A stretch of DNA of 64,000 nucleotides, taken from the NCBI GenBank assembly GCA_964270895.1, contig OZ185442.1; one strand, 5' to 3'. Position 1 is the stretch's first letter; every line of letters starts with the position of its first letter. The position numbers were made by a program, and so were the translations under genes. A model generated the notes under the pieces. That model ran no database searches. It was given only the letters and a program-made list of their open reading frames with translations, and was not told the DNA's origin. Origin of the DNA: Podarcis filfolensis. Lineage: Eukaryota. Shown one piece after another: positions 34,352-46,446 of the stretch.

Positions 34352-34979
34352 CTGCAGAAGAGGCAGAGTGACAGATACAGGCATGAATTCGGCCTTCTTT
34401 GCCTGCAGCTCCACACAAAGATGACCTTCCTTGCCTCACAGAACTTGGGCTTTTGGATGGACACACACATGAAGGTATCACAGGAGGAGATACCCTAGGC
34501 TCCACTGTGCTTCCTTAAATGTCTGTTCCTTTATACAGGGCAGCATGGCTGAGTGGTACAAAACTGCAGGAGATTCCAGGTTCAATCCCAAGCACCTCAA
34601 GGTAGGGCTGGGAGAGAATCCTGCCCCCAAACCTGTCCTGAACCTGTTTCTGAACTGCAGTTAGTCTGTTTCTTTTTTTTTTTTAAAGTGGATTTGTCAC
34701 GCTAGGGCACCAGAGCCCTTTAATCTACTGTTTAGTGGCACAAATTTAACATTTTCCAGCATGTGCTCCTAGATGCCCATGCAGATAGGATTTGAGTAAG
34801 AACAGCAGTGTGTGTGGGTGCGACCTTTCTGTTTTAATTCTGTGATAAGGTGAAGGTATAGAGTAACTATAATATGCAACATAAATTGAAATTATGGGAG
34901 AACTATGGAGGGAGAGAGGGGAAGTCGTAGGTGGAGTGATTGGTTGTTAAACTTGAAATGTTACTGAATTGCTTGTTAT

Positions 34980-34986
34980 CTGTCTG

Positions 34987-35032
<46 letters not shown>
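34980..35032 (+). repeat. (TCTA)n tetranucleotide microsatellite
   Basis: Read directly from the sequence. Confidence 0.95.
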
Positions 35033-35381
35033 ATCTGGTACGGTCTTGCTCACTCTGCTTGGCAGTGCCAGATCTCCAAACACAGGTCTTGGAGCCCCTT
35101 TTGAACTGGGAGACACTGGAGAAAGACGTTTCTCCAGGTGAGGCATGTGCTCTGAACAGGTGTGCTGAGCAATGGTCCCTCCTCTCCAGTAATGCCTCCT
35201 GCTGGGACATGACCTCCCAGCCTCCCTTCTCTTCCCTGCTGTGCTATTCCGGCTCGTGTCACCTCCTTCAAACACAATGCACCCTCCCCAGGCTCTCTTT
35301 AGTCTTCCAGGTGCACTTCAAGTCTGGAACGACCTACAAAGCAAGGGGAGGGGGGGGAGAGGGGGCTGCGGAGATCCTCAC

Positions 35382-35492
35382 CTTTCCCACAGCGCTTGCG
35401 CCGGTAGCAGAGAGAGAAGAAGACCACCAGGAGAAGGAGAGCAGCAACGCCGGAGGCAGCCAAAGCACCCAAAATTAGGACGGACAGGACTT
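35382..35492 (-). CDS. KIRREL2: KIRREL2 transmembrane exon, 111 nt, phase 1 to 1
   Basis: catcAG|AA GTC...AAA G|GTGAG. Encodes (E)VLSVLILGALAASGVAALLLLVVFFSLCYRRKRCGK, a hydrophobic helix followed by a basic stop-transfer. Confidence 0.95.
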
Positions 35493-36237
35493 CTGATGGG
35501 AATAAGATGGGTTATTTACACACGCACGCACACACACACTTTTTATTTGTCGTATTAGGTAGCCTTGCTCTCTCTTGAAGAAATTCAGAGCAATTTACAA
35601 GGGTTTATTATCCCATGTTGTCACTGCAACTACTCTGTGGCTGCTGAGAGACAGCGATTTGCCCACAGGAGGTTTGTGGCTATGATTTGAACTCCGATCT
35701 CCCTGCTCTGAATTTGACACTAGGTGGCCTAGTAGGGGGAGGGCCTGGGTCAGCACTTCGCATCCTCAGGCAGCTTCTAAGGGCTCACCCATACTGCCTG
35801 CTCTGGGATTCCCCACAATATTATTTTTCTAGTCTGATATACTCTGGGCAGTGCCATGCTAGGGGCATTGTGGGAAATAATGATCATCATCATATCATCA
35901 CTTTTTCCAGAAAGGTGAGCTCAAAGCAACTTGGAGAAGCAAATGTTAAAAATAAGTGGAAGGACAAGAGGAAAAACAACCTAAGGTCCTCACCTATAGT
36001 ATGTATAAAAAAAGCAAATGCAATGGAATCCCACTCCCATTAAAAGATAAGCAGAAATTAAGGTCCAAAGAACCTGGAGGAATATAAATGTGGCCCTTCA
36101 GATGCCATTGGACTACAACTCCCATCGTCCCTGCCATGCTGGCTGTGACTGATGGGGTTTGGAGTCTGCCAGCATCTGGAGGGCTGCAGGTCTTCCCTCC
36201 ATGCCCCAGGCTTCCTGGCCAAAGATGGGAGCCTCAC

Positions 36238-36436
36238 CTTGGCGGCGCAAGCTGACTGCCGCAGAGCGGGCACCAAAGCGGTTCCAGGCCGTGCAGTTGT
36301 AGGGCAGGGCAAAGTCGGAGTCGTGGGTCGGGTCGATCAGCAAGGCCGAGAGCACCCCTTGGTCCGTCACCACTGTGTCCACGGTGAAGCGATCCAGCGA
36401 TCCAGCATCCAGCACCCGTTCGCCCCATGCCCAGGC
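36238..36436 (-). CDS. KIRREL2: KIRREL2 Ig5 second exon, 199 nt, phase 0 to 1
   Basis: cgcAG|GCC TGG...CAA G|GTGAG. Encodes AWAWGERVLDAGSLDRFTVDT...YNCTAWNRFGARSAAVSLRRQ. Confidence 0.95.
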
Positions 36437-39168
36437 CTGCGACAAGGGGAAAGGGAGAGGATCAAGGCTATGAACAGCAGTGGGGCATTGGGACGGAGGC
36501 GGGCAGGGGCGCAACACCTGGACCTAAGGGAGAGCTACCTGCAAACACTGCATGTCAAATAAGCAAGAGAGATATCCACCAAATAAGCCGAGCAGAGGGA
36601 GAGGGAGGTTACATCAGCTTGCAAGGCCAACGGGTCAAACGGCTACCTTTTTATTTTGCACAATTCCCCGTTATGCTCAACCAAAATGTTACAAACTAGT
36701 GAGCAAGCTTTTGAGTCTGCCAGAAGATTTTATCAGGCTGGATGCTAAGCAAAACAGGAGGGTGGGTGTGCTAGGAGAGCTGGCTTGTGGCTATACTGTT
36801 TGCATTTGTCATATATTCATTATTTGCTGTACACCTTAGAAAGGTCATGGCAATGGTGGTTGTCATGGAGAGCTCCTGCACTTTGGAATGTATCCTTATG
36901 CCATTGGTAGGCAGATGGGAGACTCAAGTGTGCTAAGAGGGTTTTGACCCAGAGCCAGTGCGCGTGTGACAGTTGTCACATGCACACTCTTTAGAAACAC
37001 AACTCCATGTGGCATTTCCTCCACCTTGTGGCTGGCTGATCACGTGCATCGTGCAAAAAAAAAAAAACACTATGGAAAAAATAGGATCGTTTGCACCATG
37101 TAAAAACAAACCAAAACATAAACTAACAACTCATGGTGCACCAAAATCACCATGCAAGAATCTTTCAGATTCTTGTGTGCAATGTAGAAAAATAGACCAC
37201 ACACAAAAATCTGCTTATTTTGTCCAGGCTGCTGCAGATCTGTTTGATCTCTGCCTCTCGAGTGGAAGGGGGCTGGGAAATCACCAGAACTGCACAGTCA
37301 GTCACGACCCACAAATAGCTCTCCAGATGTTAATAGGCACCTTGCGTAGTGATTTAAAGCTGCAAGGGGAGCGCTAGGCCTTCTGAGGATTTCTCGGCGT
37401 GGTGGGAACAAAGTCAATAAACCTTTGCTCTGCCTGGTGCATCCAAGTTGTATCATTCACTGACTTTCAAGAATGCAGGGTTCCCCCACTCCCCCTTTTC
37501 TAAAAACCCACCAGCTTCTCAAAAACCTTTGATCTGGGGAGGGGTGGGGGTGGCAATCTGCCATCTGGAGGCAGGTGGAAACACATATGGGATCCTGATT
37601 CAGGCTGGGACTGGAGGAGGGGGTTTAACCCTTCCCCCTCCGTGCTGTTCTCTCAGGTGAACACGAGAGCAACCACGGCATCTATGTTTTGACTCATTAG
37701 CTAGTAGGTTTTTTTTTTTTTAGCAGGTGGAGGGAGATTTCAGCCAGAAAAAAACAATAACAGCACAGAGGGGCAAAGGTGAACCCCAGTGTGGGGAACC
37801 TTTGGTCCTCCAGATGTTCCTGAACTATAACTCCCATCAGCCCCAGTAGGCATGGTCAATAGCCAGGGATGATAGGAGTTGCAGTTCAGCAGCAACTGGA
37901 AGCCCCAAAGTTCCCCACAAAGCCCCGCAACTCTAATCTGAACCGGACAAAACGCAAAAATAAAAAATCCCATGGATCTCCTCTAGTTGGTCAAGGAGAA
38001 ATTAAAAGGCCAGAACGCTGTGTGCTTTGGGATAGAACATTGGGATTCTGGGCCAAGAAACGCTGAATTCAGTGACCCATATAAATCCTGCAGATTAAGC
38101 AACTTTTCCACACTGAGCTGCTTATTTTGCACAATTCATTCTGCCACTGCTGAAGGGGGCAAAGGGCAATGCTGTGTCTGGCGGAGCCCCACACCCTCCG
38201 ATGGAGAGCTTGCTCAGAGTGTGTCTCAGCTCAGAGCAACCCTGAAGCTGCAGCATAGCCACATTTGGGATATCGCAAGCAGTTTTGGTTGGGGAACGAC
38301 CATAACTCTGTTGTAGAGCACGAGTTGAAGAGCTCATTGGACCAGTCCTTATTTTTAACAGCAGCTTTGTCTGCTGCAGCTCATCCCTGATTTGATGTGT
38401 TTTCATTTTTATAATGCGCTCGTGTCAAATTTGTTATAAGCAGTCCTGACCATCACTTCCCTCCCCCATTTCCCAGCTGAAAGGTAAGATAAAGATACTT
38501 GTATAATAAAGAAATAGTGAAGTTCAACTTGAAACTATAGTGAAAGCTGCCAGAGCTTGCCCCAAGATGGGCAGGAAAAAATGCACACATGTTTTAAGAA
38601 CAACTATCCAATAGCCGCTGTGCCTATGTAATATTATGTACTTCCAGAGGGCTAGAAACCTGCGTACTCTTGATTAAAAAGTTGAGATTTCCAGAATGAT
38701 GAATTCCTGAGCTTGCAAAGTACTACTATGATAATTTAAAATAATAATAATTTATTATTTATACCCTGCCCATCTGGCCGGGTTTCCCCAACTACTCTTG
38801 GCGGCTCCCAACAGAATTAATGATAATAATAATATTTTAAAAAACGATAAAACATCAGACATTAAAAACTTCCCTAAACAGGGCTGCCTTCAGATGTCAT
38901 CTAAAAGTCAAGTAGTTGTTTATTTCCTTGACATCTGATGGAAGGCTGTTCCACAGGGCGGGTGCCACTACTGAGAAGGCCCTCTGCTGGGTTCCCTGTG
39001 GCTTCACTTCTCACAGTGAGGGAACTGCCAGAAGGCCCTCGGAGCTGGACTTCAGTGTCTGGGCTGAACAATTGGGGTGGAGACGCTCCTTCAGGTATAC
39101 TGAAGTACACACAGGTTAAGGGACAAGGAACAGCAGATCTGGAAAGGCTAGTTGACTGAAGTACTTAC

Positions 39169-39269
39169 TATCCTATCGGGAGGTGGAACGCTCCCCACTA
39201 AGCACTCCAGCCGTGCCTTGGTCCCCACTGCAGTCTGCTGGCTTGGTTCTGCGCTGATAATGGGCGGAC
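39169..39269 (-). CDS. KIRREL2: KIRREL2 Ig5 first exon, 101 nt, phase 1 to 0
   Basis: ttccAG|GT CCG...ATA|GTAAG. Encodes (G)PPIISAEPSQQTAVGTKARLECLVGSVPPPDRI. Confidence 0.95.
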
Positions 39270-39687
39270 CTGGAAAAGAGGACACAATCAGGGCAGTGTT
39301 CAAAACAGAAGAGGCCCTTTCTCCCCTCCCCATCCCTTAGTTACTGTTTTAGAAGGCTACAGGAGCTGGTTATGATTTGGTTAAAAAGAGAGCATCTCAG
39401 GTATAGAGGCTTGCAGATTTCATCAAGGCTCCCTCCTATCTTTCACAGGGAAGGGGGGCATACAGCTCAATGGTAAAGCATCTGCCATGCATGCAGAGCA
39501 GAAAGATCCATGGTTCCATCTCTGGCTTTTCCAGGTAGGAACGAGAAGGACAGCGGTCAAAGCTAAGCCAGCTTCTTATGGTCCCCAAGGCAAGCTGCAA
39601 TCCCATCCCGTCTTTGCTCTGCTCTGCTCCCTTTAACAGTCTTGCCACACCCGCCACCCGGTCCCGACGCAAGGCCAGGCCCCTCAC

Positions 39688-39814
39688 CGTTCACAGCCAG
39701 GGTCACCTCCTTCTCCGCCACTCCAATGCGTGGCACAATGGCTTTGCACACATAAACTCCGGCGTCTTCCTGCGTCACCGCCTTGAGATGCAGAGTGTTG
39801 CCGTTGCTCAGTAC
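39688..39814 (-). CDS. KIRREL2: KIRREL2 Ig4 second exon, 127 nt, phase 0 to 1
   Basis: cAG|GTA CTG...AAC G|GTGAG. Encodes [42 protein letters not shown] (DAGxYxC Ig motif). Confidence 0.96.
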
Positions 39815-40281
39815 CTGCTGGTACAAGGAGTTCTGGTCGTGGCTCTCTTAGGACCAAAGGAATCTTTCCAGCAGGGGTGGGGAGTCTCTCTCCTGACCCC
39901 AGTCCCTGGGGGTAACTTGTTGGGGGCTGCATGCTGGCGATGGGCGGGGCCAGAGGCAAAGTGGGTGGGGCATCCTTCACTCTCTTGCCTTCTGTGTTTA
40001 TAGGCAAGTGAAGCAGTGGCAGGTGGGCCTCCGAGATCTACTTCTTATCTTCTTCCAAAATTTGTGTAATTTGCAAATTACAATCCCAGAGCTATTTATT
40101 TTTTTAACTCCCAACTTTTGGGGGAAAAGGGAAATTGGTATGATTTGAAAGATGCAAGCAAATTCAGAGCGCATGGGCTCCTGGTGTAAATCACTCGCCA
40201 TATTAGACTCTTTCTATTTCATATTTGTTTCTCGTTGTTGTTATAATAAAAATCTGAACAGGGGGCTGATGCTGCACTTAC

Positions 40282-40409
40282 CACACTAGACCCTTTCTTG
40301 GTCCAGGCCAGGGTGAGAGGCGGATTCCCAGTCCAGGTACAGGTGAAAGAGGCGTCTGCACCAATGTCCACTGTCAGGGGCTTTGGCTGAGAGATGAGGC
40401 GGGGTCCGA
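40282..40409 (-). CDS. KIRREL2: KIRREL2 Ig4 first exon, 128 nt, phase 1 to 0
   Basis: tgcAG|TC GGA...GTG|GTAAG. Encodes (F)[42 protein letters not shown]. Confidence 0.95.
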
Positions 40410-41757
40410 CTGCAGACAGAAAGAAAGGGGTTGCCGAGAGTTAGTTGAATGGAGCGACTGACCTTCAGCCTCAGTCTCCCTATCTGCAATATGGGAATAA
40501 TGATACTGGAAGTAACTACCTTCTGGAGGTTTTGTAAGAATCATGGCAAGAGGGTATAAGAAGCACATTGACCATGTAAATTAGGGTTGGGGTGAAAATT
40601 TAGAGCTAGTGTCTGACTAATCTATGAGCGTTCCTGCTCGAATTTTTGTGAACAGGGTTGAAGCAGACACAGCCCATTCTGAGCAAGGTTGTCACACTCT
40701 GAGCCAAGGTCAAGTCCATCAAAGGACCTATTTGCAAACTGAAGGAAATGATGTCTCCAATAGCTTGCATAGGGGCACTTCTAGCAGGGCTGATCACAAA
40801 ATAATGGTTGCTGTCTGTGTGCAAAAGCTTAACCCCTTGCAAAGTGGGCTTTCCCCTCCCCCTAGAGCATCTGTTTTTGCTGGAACAAGGCTTTTTGCTG
40901 GAGCAGAGAGAGGTGGGAATAATAGTTGTTCCCCACCGACCACCCGTAATATTTCCAAGTACTCAAAAAACCTTCCAATGTTTGTGAGAGCACTCAAAAG
41001 CCATTGCTTGCAACGCACCTCTCCATCATTTCAAAGGCAAACAGAGGTTGTTCACCCATCCTGAATGTAATTCCAAGGATTCCTGTCATGACCTACACTA
41101 GCCAAACAGGATGGCAAGGGACTGTCTGAGGCAAGAGCCTGTCAGTCCATTATCTGAACTTATCACAGTTACATACCCTAATTACATTACCCATAAGCAG
41201 AGTAAACCTTGGGAGACCCTCTGCCAAACTCCATTTTAGGCACATTGAAAGCTGCCTTCCACAAGGCCAGGCCAGGTCACCAATGTTCTCGGGACAGTGG
41301 GCATGCTTTGGCCTTTTGAGAAAGTGTCGTGGGAGCAAAATGGCTGCTGTTGTGCATGTGGCATTGTGACACAAAATGGCTGCTGTGGAGGCCATGTCGG
41401 AGCGGCCAAGCAAGTTCAAGCAGGAACGGAGCAGCAACAGCAAATGTCTTTTACACATTGTGGATTTTTGAGGGTGTATTGACTGAGACTTAGGAGATAC
41501 TGGTGGGCACTTGCAGTTGTCACACTGGTGACCCCAGAGTCTGGTAATTTATCCACCCTGCTCAGTGTTTTTCACTTGGACTTTCTCTGACATTCTCAGG
41601 TCTCCTAGAGGGATCTTTCCCATTGCTCTACTTCTTTATTCTTTTAAGGGAAGATGGCGGGGGCTGACCCTGGGATTTTCTGGGTGCCAAGTGTGTTCTC
41701 TGCCACTGAGCTATGCCCCCACTTATCTCGGGATCTGGAGCCGCCTCCTTTACTTAC

Positions 41758-41906
41758 AATGCACATCCACCAGCGTGCTGACATTGGTGCTGCCCACAGC
41801 ATTGGACACCTCACATGACACAGGCTCTGTGAAGAAGGACTGGTCAACCGTTGCCTCGTAGCTGTCGCCATTGGCCTCTGGAATAGGCACACCTCCTTTC
41901 GCCCAC
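41758..41906 (-). CDS. KIRREL2: KIRREL2 Ig3 second exon, 149 nt, phase 2 to 1
   Basis: cacAG|G TGG...CAT T|GTAAG. Encodes [49 protein letters not shown]. Confidence 0.96.
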
Positions 41907-42479
41907 CTGTGAAGAGATGTGCGGTCTTAGGAGAGATTGGCTCAAGGGGTCCTTTATGAGGAAAGGTTCCCCTATGTCAGGGCCAGGGACATTCCAGCTC
42001 ATGGGCCAAATGTGGGTTGCAAGGCCTTCCCATTTTGGACCACAAGGCCATTTCCCCCCCTAAAACCATGCCCATCATATGTGACATCAGGTGCAGGGCA
42101 GGTGGGGTGCAGCTTCAGAGAGCAGGATTGAACCATCCCTACACCAGCTGACATGTGGGTAGTTCAATCCTGCTTACTTCAGGTGCACCAGCCAGTTCCC
42201 AGTGCCCAAACCCTGCACAAAGCAGGATTGAACCCTCTGATGTGTGGAGAGTTCACTCCTGCTTTGTGCAGGATCTCTGCTCACCTCGGCGGTTCACCTT
42301 GGACAGCAGGGTGCGACAACCCACTTGTCAATCACCCAAAGTCAATACGATGTCAGGTGGTTGGTTCATCAAAGTTGGCCCATTGTAGGAAGGGAAGATG
42401 TCTGACCCAATGGACCCCAAAAATATCCCCCTCTCCTGCCCTGTGTGGTATGCCATACAATGCTGGGGGATCTTTTATT

Positions 42480-42925
42480 TAGAAAGCAGGTGCATAAGGA
42501 GCGACTTGAGAGAGATATATAAAATCATGCGCTGGGTGGGGAAAGTGAACCGAAGTTCCTCTCCCTCCCTGTGGCCCATCCAATGAAGCAGAAAGGCAGG
42601 AGATTCAGAATGGATAAAAGAAACGACTTCCTCACACAGGGCAGAGTCGAACTGTAGAACTCTCTGCCACAAGATTTGGAGATGGCAACCAACTTAGGAG
42701 GTTTCAAAGAGGGATTAGGCAGGTGCTTGGAGGGTTAGACTGTCAGTGGGTACTAGTCATGATGGCTATGCAGTAACACCAGTGCCTAAGAAGGCGGCAG
42801 AGGGCCAAATTGCTCTCATGTCCTGCATTTGGGCTTCCAGAAGCCATCTGGCTGGCGACTGAAGGAAACAGGATGTTGGACTAGATGGACTTCTGGCCTG
42901 ATTCCCCAGGGCTCTTGTCTTCCTT
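42480..42925 (+). mobile_element. Older CR1-clade LINE 3' fragment
   Basis: Degraded ORF2 end (RSDLREIYKIM), then a 3' UTR ending caggatgttggactagatggac...ctgattcc. Confidence 0.6.
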
Positions 42926-43117
42926 TGAAAGGCAAAGAAGGGTGAGGAAAGGGCAAGAACCACAGCAAAGGAAAGCAAATACACTTTGCTGTCTTGCTAA
43001 CCGGCAAGCGTCAACCAGCGTGCCATCTCTGGTGTTGCCATTAGAGGGCATCCCAGTCACACCATTGCTGCTGCATGATCTCTGATGGGCAGGCTGTCTC
43101 CTCTTTCTAGCCCTTAC

Positions 43118-43223
43118 CTGTATCCTGTCACTTCGGGGTTGGAGGTGGCCGTGCAGAGGAAGCTCACTTTGCCACCCTCGGCCACAGTTTGTGGCTGCAC
43201 CGAGAGCATGACAACCGGTGGAT
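43118..43223 (-). CDS. KIRREL2: KIRREL2 Ig3 first exon, 106 nt, phase 1 to 2
   Basis: ttgcAG|AT CCA...TAC AG|GTAAG. Encodes (Y)PPVVMLSVQPQTVAEGGKVSFLCTATSNPEVTGYR. Confidence 0.96.
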
Positions 43224-43674
43224 CTGCAAGACAGAGGGAGAGGAACGGATGAAAATCCTGAACATTTATTTCCTTTAGTGTAAAGGCCCCAGTGACCTGG
43301 CGAAGGGATCCCCAAAAGGTAAGGTTTATGCCTTGTTTCTCCCCGAGGCCTTTATCCCAATTGTGAAATGGGTACCAAAGTTTGTGCCTATAGCTAGCAT
43401 CAGCTTGGATTTTTTACCATCCATCGCTGCATCTGCCTGGCTCCCTTACTATCAACCTATGCAATGTCTGTTAGCTGTTCCACCTGGGTACAGTCAGTTA
43501 GGCTGCTGCCAAGGCAAGTAGCTAGGATTCCACATAGCTTGCTGCTCCAGGTTTCCGTGCTTTCAGAAGCCCCGAGCCACAGCAAGGTACCAAGAGCACT
43601 GCTTCTGCAGGACATAAGGACTCCAGGGGCGGCTCCAAGCTCTTATTTCGTTTGGATCACTCACAGCGACCTAG

Positions 43675-43975
43675 GCCCCTCTGGGCTATGCATTTAAAGC
43701 GGTATCACCGCACTTTAAACTGTACTTTATCAACGACGCTGAGAGTTGTTAGTAGGCCCCATTCCCTTCACAGAACTACACACAATTCAGAGTGTTCCCT
43801 GGGAAAGGGGATTGCTCAACCCCTTTGGGAATTGTAGCTCTGTGAGGGGAATTGGAATCTCTTTTGGCAACTCTCAGCACCCTTAACAAACCACATTTCC
43901 CAGGATTCCTTGGGGAAAGACGTGGTTGTTTAAAATGGCATCGTAGCATTTTAAATTTACGGTGTGAATGTGGCC
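43675..43975. mobile_element. Quasi-palindromic non-autonomous DNA transposon (Harbinger-like, tentative)
   Basis: The right end tttaaa...gtgtgaatgtggcc and the internal ctacaattcccaga/gggaattgtag motifs recur at about 30020-30120, 50795-50975, 53390-53560 and 62835-62987. Confidence 0.5.
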
Positions 43976-44039
43976 ATGTTTATTGCACCACAAAGCCATC
44001 CTGCCATGTGAAACAGCTCCGTTTCCTCTCTTCCCAATT

Positions 44040-44212
44040 CTCCTTCAACATAGGAAGCTGCCTCCCTCATACTGACTCAGACCACCAACTCAGTATTGCC
44101 TACACTGACTGGCAGCACCTCTCCAGGCAGGGAAAACGCCCAGCCACAACTGAAGTTGCCGGGAGATTGAACCCAGGAACTTCTGCGTGGAAGGCAGATG
44201 CGCTATCAGAGA
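44040..44212 (-). mobile_element. tRNA-Ala-headed SINE
   Basis: The reverse complement reads tRNA-like head + gagaggtgctgccagtcagtgtaggcaatactgag...ggtctgagtcagtatgagggaggcagcttcctatg. Relatives at about 6854-6935, 17590-17740, 24268-24445, 39452-39560, 46925-47050, 47096-47162, 52146-52240, 59008-59790 and 63283-63412. Confidence 0.75.
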
Positions 44213-44253
44213 GTCCCACCCCTTCCTGGCAGGCCCATGCCCTGTGGGCTCAC

Positions 44254-44404
44254 ATTGCACATTGAGGGTGACCGTGGTCTGCTTGCCGGCTGGGGCTGCT
44301 GGGTTGCTGACTCGGCAGGTGAACGAGCTGCCCATGTCCCTGCTGCTGGGGGTCAAGAGGAGGGTGCTGACAGCCACTTCTCGCTTGCCGTCGTCCATGA
44401 GGGC
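44254..44404 (-). CDS. KIRREL2: KIRREL2 Ig2 second exon, 151 nt, phase 0 to 1
   Basis: tgcAG|GCC CTC...CAA T|GTGAG. Encodes ALMDDGKREVAVSTLLLTPSSRDMGSSFTCRVSNPAAPAGKQTTVTLNVQ. Confidence 0.96.
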
Positions 44405-44475
44405 CTGCAGGAGAGGAAGGAGAAGGGTTTCCATGTTGAATATTTCCTTGGATAGCCACGCTCTGGAGACAGGGC

Positions 44476-44477
<2 letters not shown>

Positions 44478-44526
<49 letters not shown>
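44478..44526 (+). repeat. (AC)n microsatellite beside a KIRREL2 acceptor
   Basis: Read directly from the sequence. Confidence 0.95.
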
Positions 44527-44530
<4 letters not shown>

Positions 44531-45411
44531 TCTTTTTTCTAGCCTGCATCTTGTATTCATTTACTAGATTTGTATACTGCCTGTCCGCCAAGGCACCCAA
44601 GGAGATTTCCCATTTTAAAACCCTAAAATGAATCCATTATATATCAAATGTAGAGCAACAGAGTCCTCTCTGGCCAATGGGGAGCTGGTGGCATGCGTGC
44701 TTTGTGGCCTAGGCTCCCTTGCTTCTTCCTTCCCTCGGGGCAGGCAGGTCTAACATTACCATTTGTGAATGTGTGAATACAACAACCAGTGGCTGAAAAA
44801 GCTTGTATATCATCAGGCACATTTCATAGAACGCCGGGATTGGTCGTGTCTCCTTGTTCAAATGTACACTGAGTGTTGGAGCCAAGCTTGCTGCTGTGCA
44901 ATGCGTCTCGCCTTTATTGAAATAACTTTGCTGGGCTTTGGTCTGTTCCTGAGCATGGTTCAAAGTAGTGGTGGCTTAACTGAGGGAAGCTGGACCGAGG
45001 AATCTGTGGCCCTTCAGTGGCCATTGGACTACAACTCCCATCAGCCTCAGTTGGCATGACCAAGGAATGCTGGGAGTTGTAATCCAACCTTGCTGGTAGA
45101 GCATGAGACTCTTGCTTTCAGGGTTGTGGCTTTGAGCCCCATGTTGAGTGAAAGATTTTTGCATTGCAGGGGGTTGGACGAGATGACCCTTGTGGTCCCA
45201 CCCAATTCTACAATTCTATGATTCACTGAACATCTGGAGGGTCACAGGCTCCCCATGCCTGGTATGCTGAGATAGTTCCCTGGTTGATATGGTCACAAAG
45301 TCCTGAGCCAGCCCAGATAGGGCAGGCTTGGTGTGGCGGTTGAAGTCCCCAAGCACAATCGACTGTGGGTTCACCAGCACTCCTCATGCAGGGGGCTATT
45401 GGGCAATAACA

Positions 45412-45790
45412 GGGATGCAGGTGGAGCTGTGGTCTAAACCACTGAGCCTCTTGGGCTTGCTGATTGGAAGGCTGGCTGTTCGAATCCCCATGACGGAGTG
45501 AGCCCCCATTGCTCTGTCCCAGCTCCTGCCAACCTAGCAGTTCGAAAGCACACCAGTGCAAATAGATAAATAGGTACCACTGCAGCAGAAAGGTAAACAG
45601 TGTTTTCGTGTGCTCTGGCACTCATCACACTGTCCTGTTGGGCCAGACACCATTTAGTCATGCTGGCCACACAACCTAGAAAGCTGTCTGTGGACAAACG
45701 CTGGCTCCTTCGGCCTGAAAGCGAGATGAGCACCGAACCCCATAGTCGCCTTTGACTTAACCGTCCAGGGGTCCTTTACCTTTTACCTTT
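45412..45790 (+). mobile_element. Sauria SINE inserted in an L2 endonuclease remnant
   Basis: Same body and ACCTTT tail as 26367-26707. Confidence 0.9.
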
Positions 45791-45879
45791 TTTTATTGGG
45801 CAGTGAGGGCTATTGGGCAGTGAGGGCTATTGTTTCATCTCTGGGACCCTAATCCTAACCCTAATGCTCAGAACAACCC

Positions 45880-46125
45880 CTAAAACATGACATTAGCTTC
45901 TCAGTGAAAAATAACGGAGAAATAACAAGAAGGATGGAGTTACAATGAGTGACAGTGACAACCTGTGTTTTTGCACCACCAAGAGCTTGGGAGAGATCTG
46001 GCCTTCCCAGTTTGTCCACTGAGGTCTTGGTAATACACACCAGGTCAGCCCTGTCATCCACAATTAAATTGTGGAGGAGCCTGCTTTTATTATGGACTGA
46101 CTTGTCGTTCGGCAACAGCAGCACT
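45880..46125 (-). mobile_element. L2 ORF2 APE-endonuclease N-terminal remnant
   Basis: LLLPNDKSVHNKSRLLHNLIVDDRADLVCITKT resembles the APE N-terminal NxRS...NK...ITET pattern. The downstream VLGDFN motif lies at about 45335-45365(-). Confidence 0.7.
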
Positions 46126-46288
46126 AGGTGAAAGGATAAGTCAGCCTGACAACCCAGATTGTGTTGGACGAAGGGAGGGTGCTGGATGTTTTGCCAGCCT
46201 TACCCAGATAGATCTCAGACTCTCTGTCCTACTTTTGACCCCCCTCCTCTGCTTGTCTAGTTCTTGCCAACACTCAGCAAAGTCTCAC

Positions 46289-46446
46289 CTTGGAGTACAC
46301 GGCAGACTCCTGGCGTTGCCCATCTCGGTACCAGCTGATTTCGGCAGCTGGCTTGGCCCCGGCAGCACGGCACGACAAGTTGTAGGGGATGTTGGATATC
46401 ACATGCACGATGGGACCGTTCTGGATCTCGGGGTCATTGGGAGGGA
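46289..46446 (-). CDS. KIRREL2: KIRREL2 Ig2 first exon, 158 nt, phase 1 to 0
   Basis: ttccaAG|TC CCT...AAG|GTGAG. Encodes (I)PPNDPEIQNGPIVHVISNIPYNLSCRAAGAKPAAEISWYRDGQRQESAVYSK. Confidence 0.95.

Noticed and set aside
45843-45866. Interstitial telomeric repeat
   Set aside because: Only about three degenerate CCCTAA units, too short to call.
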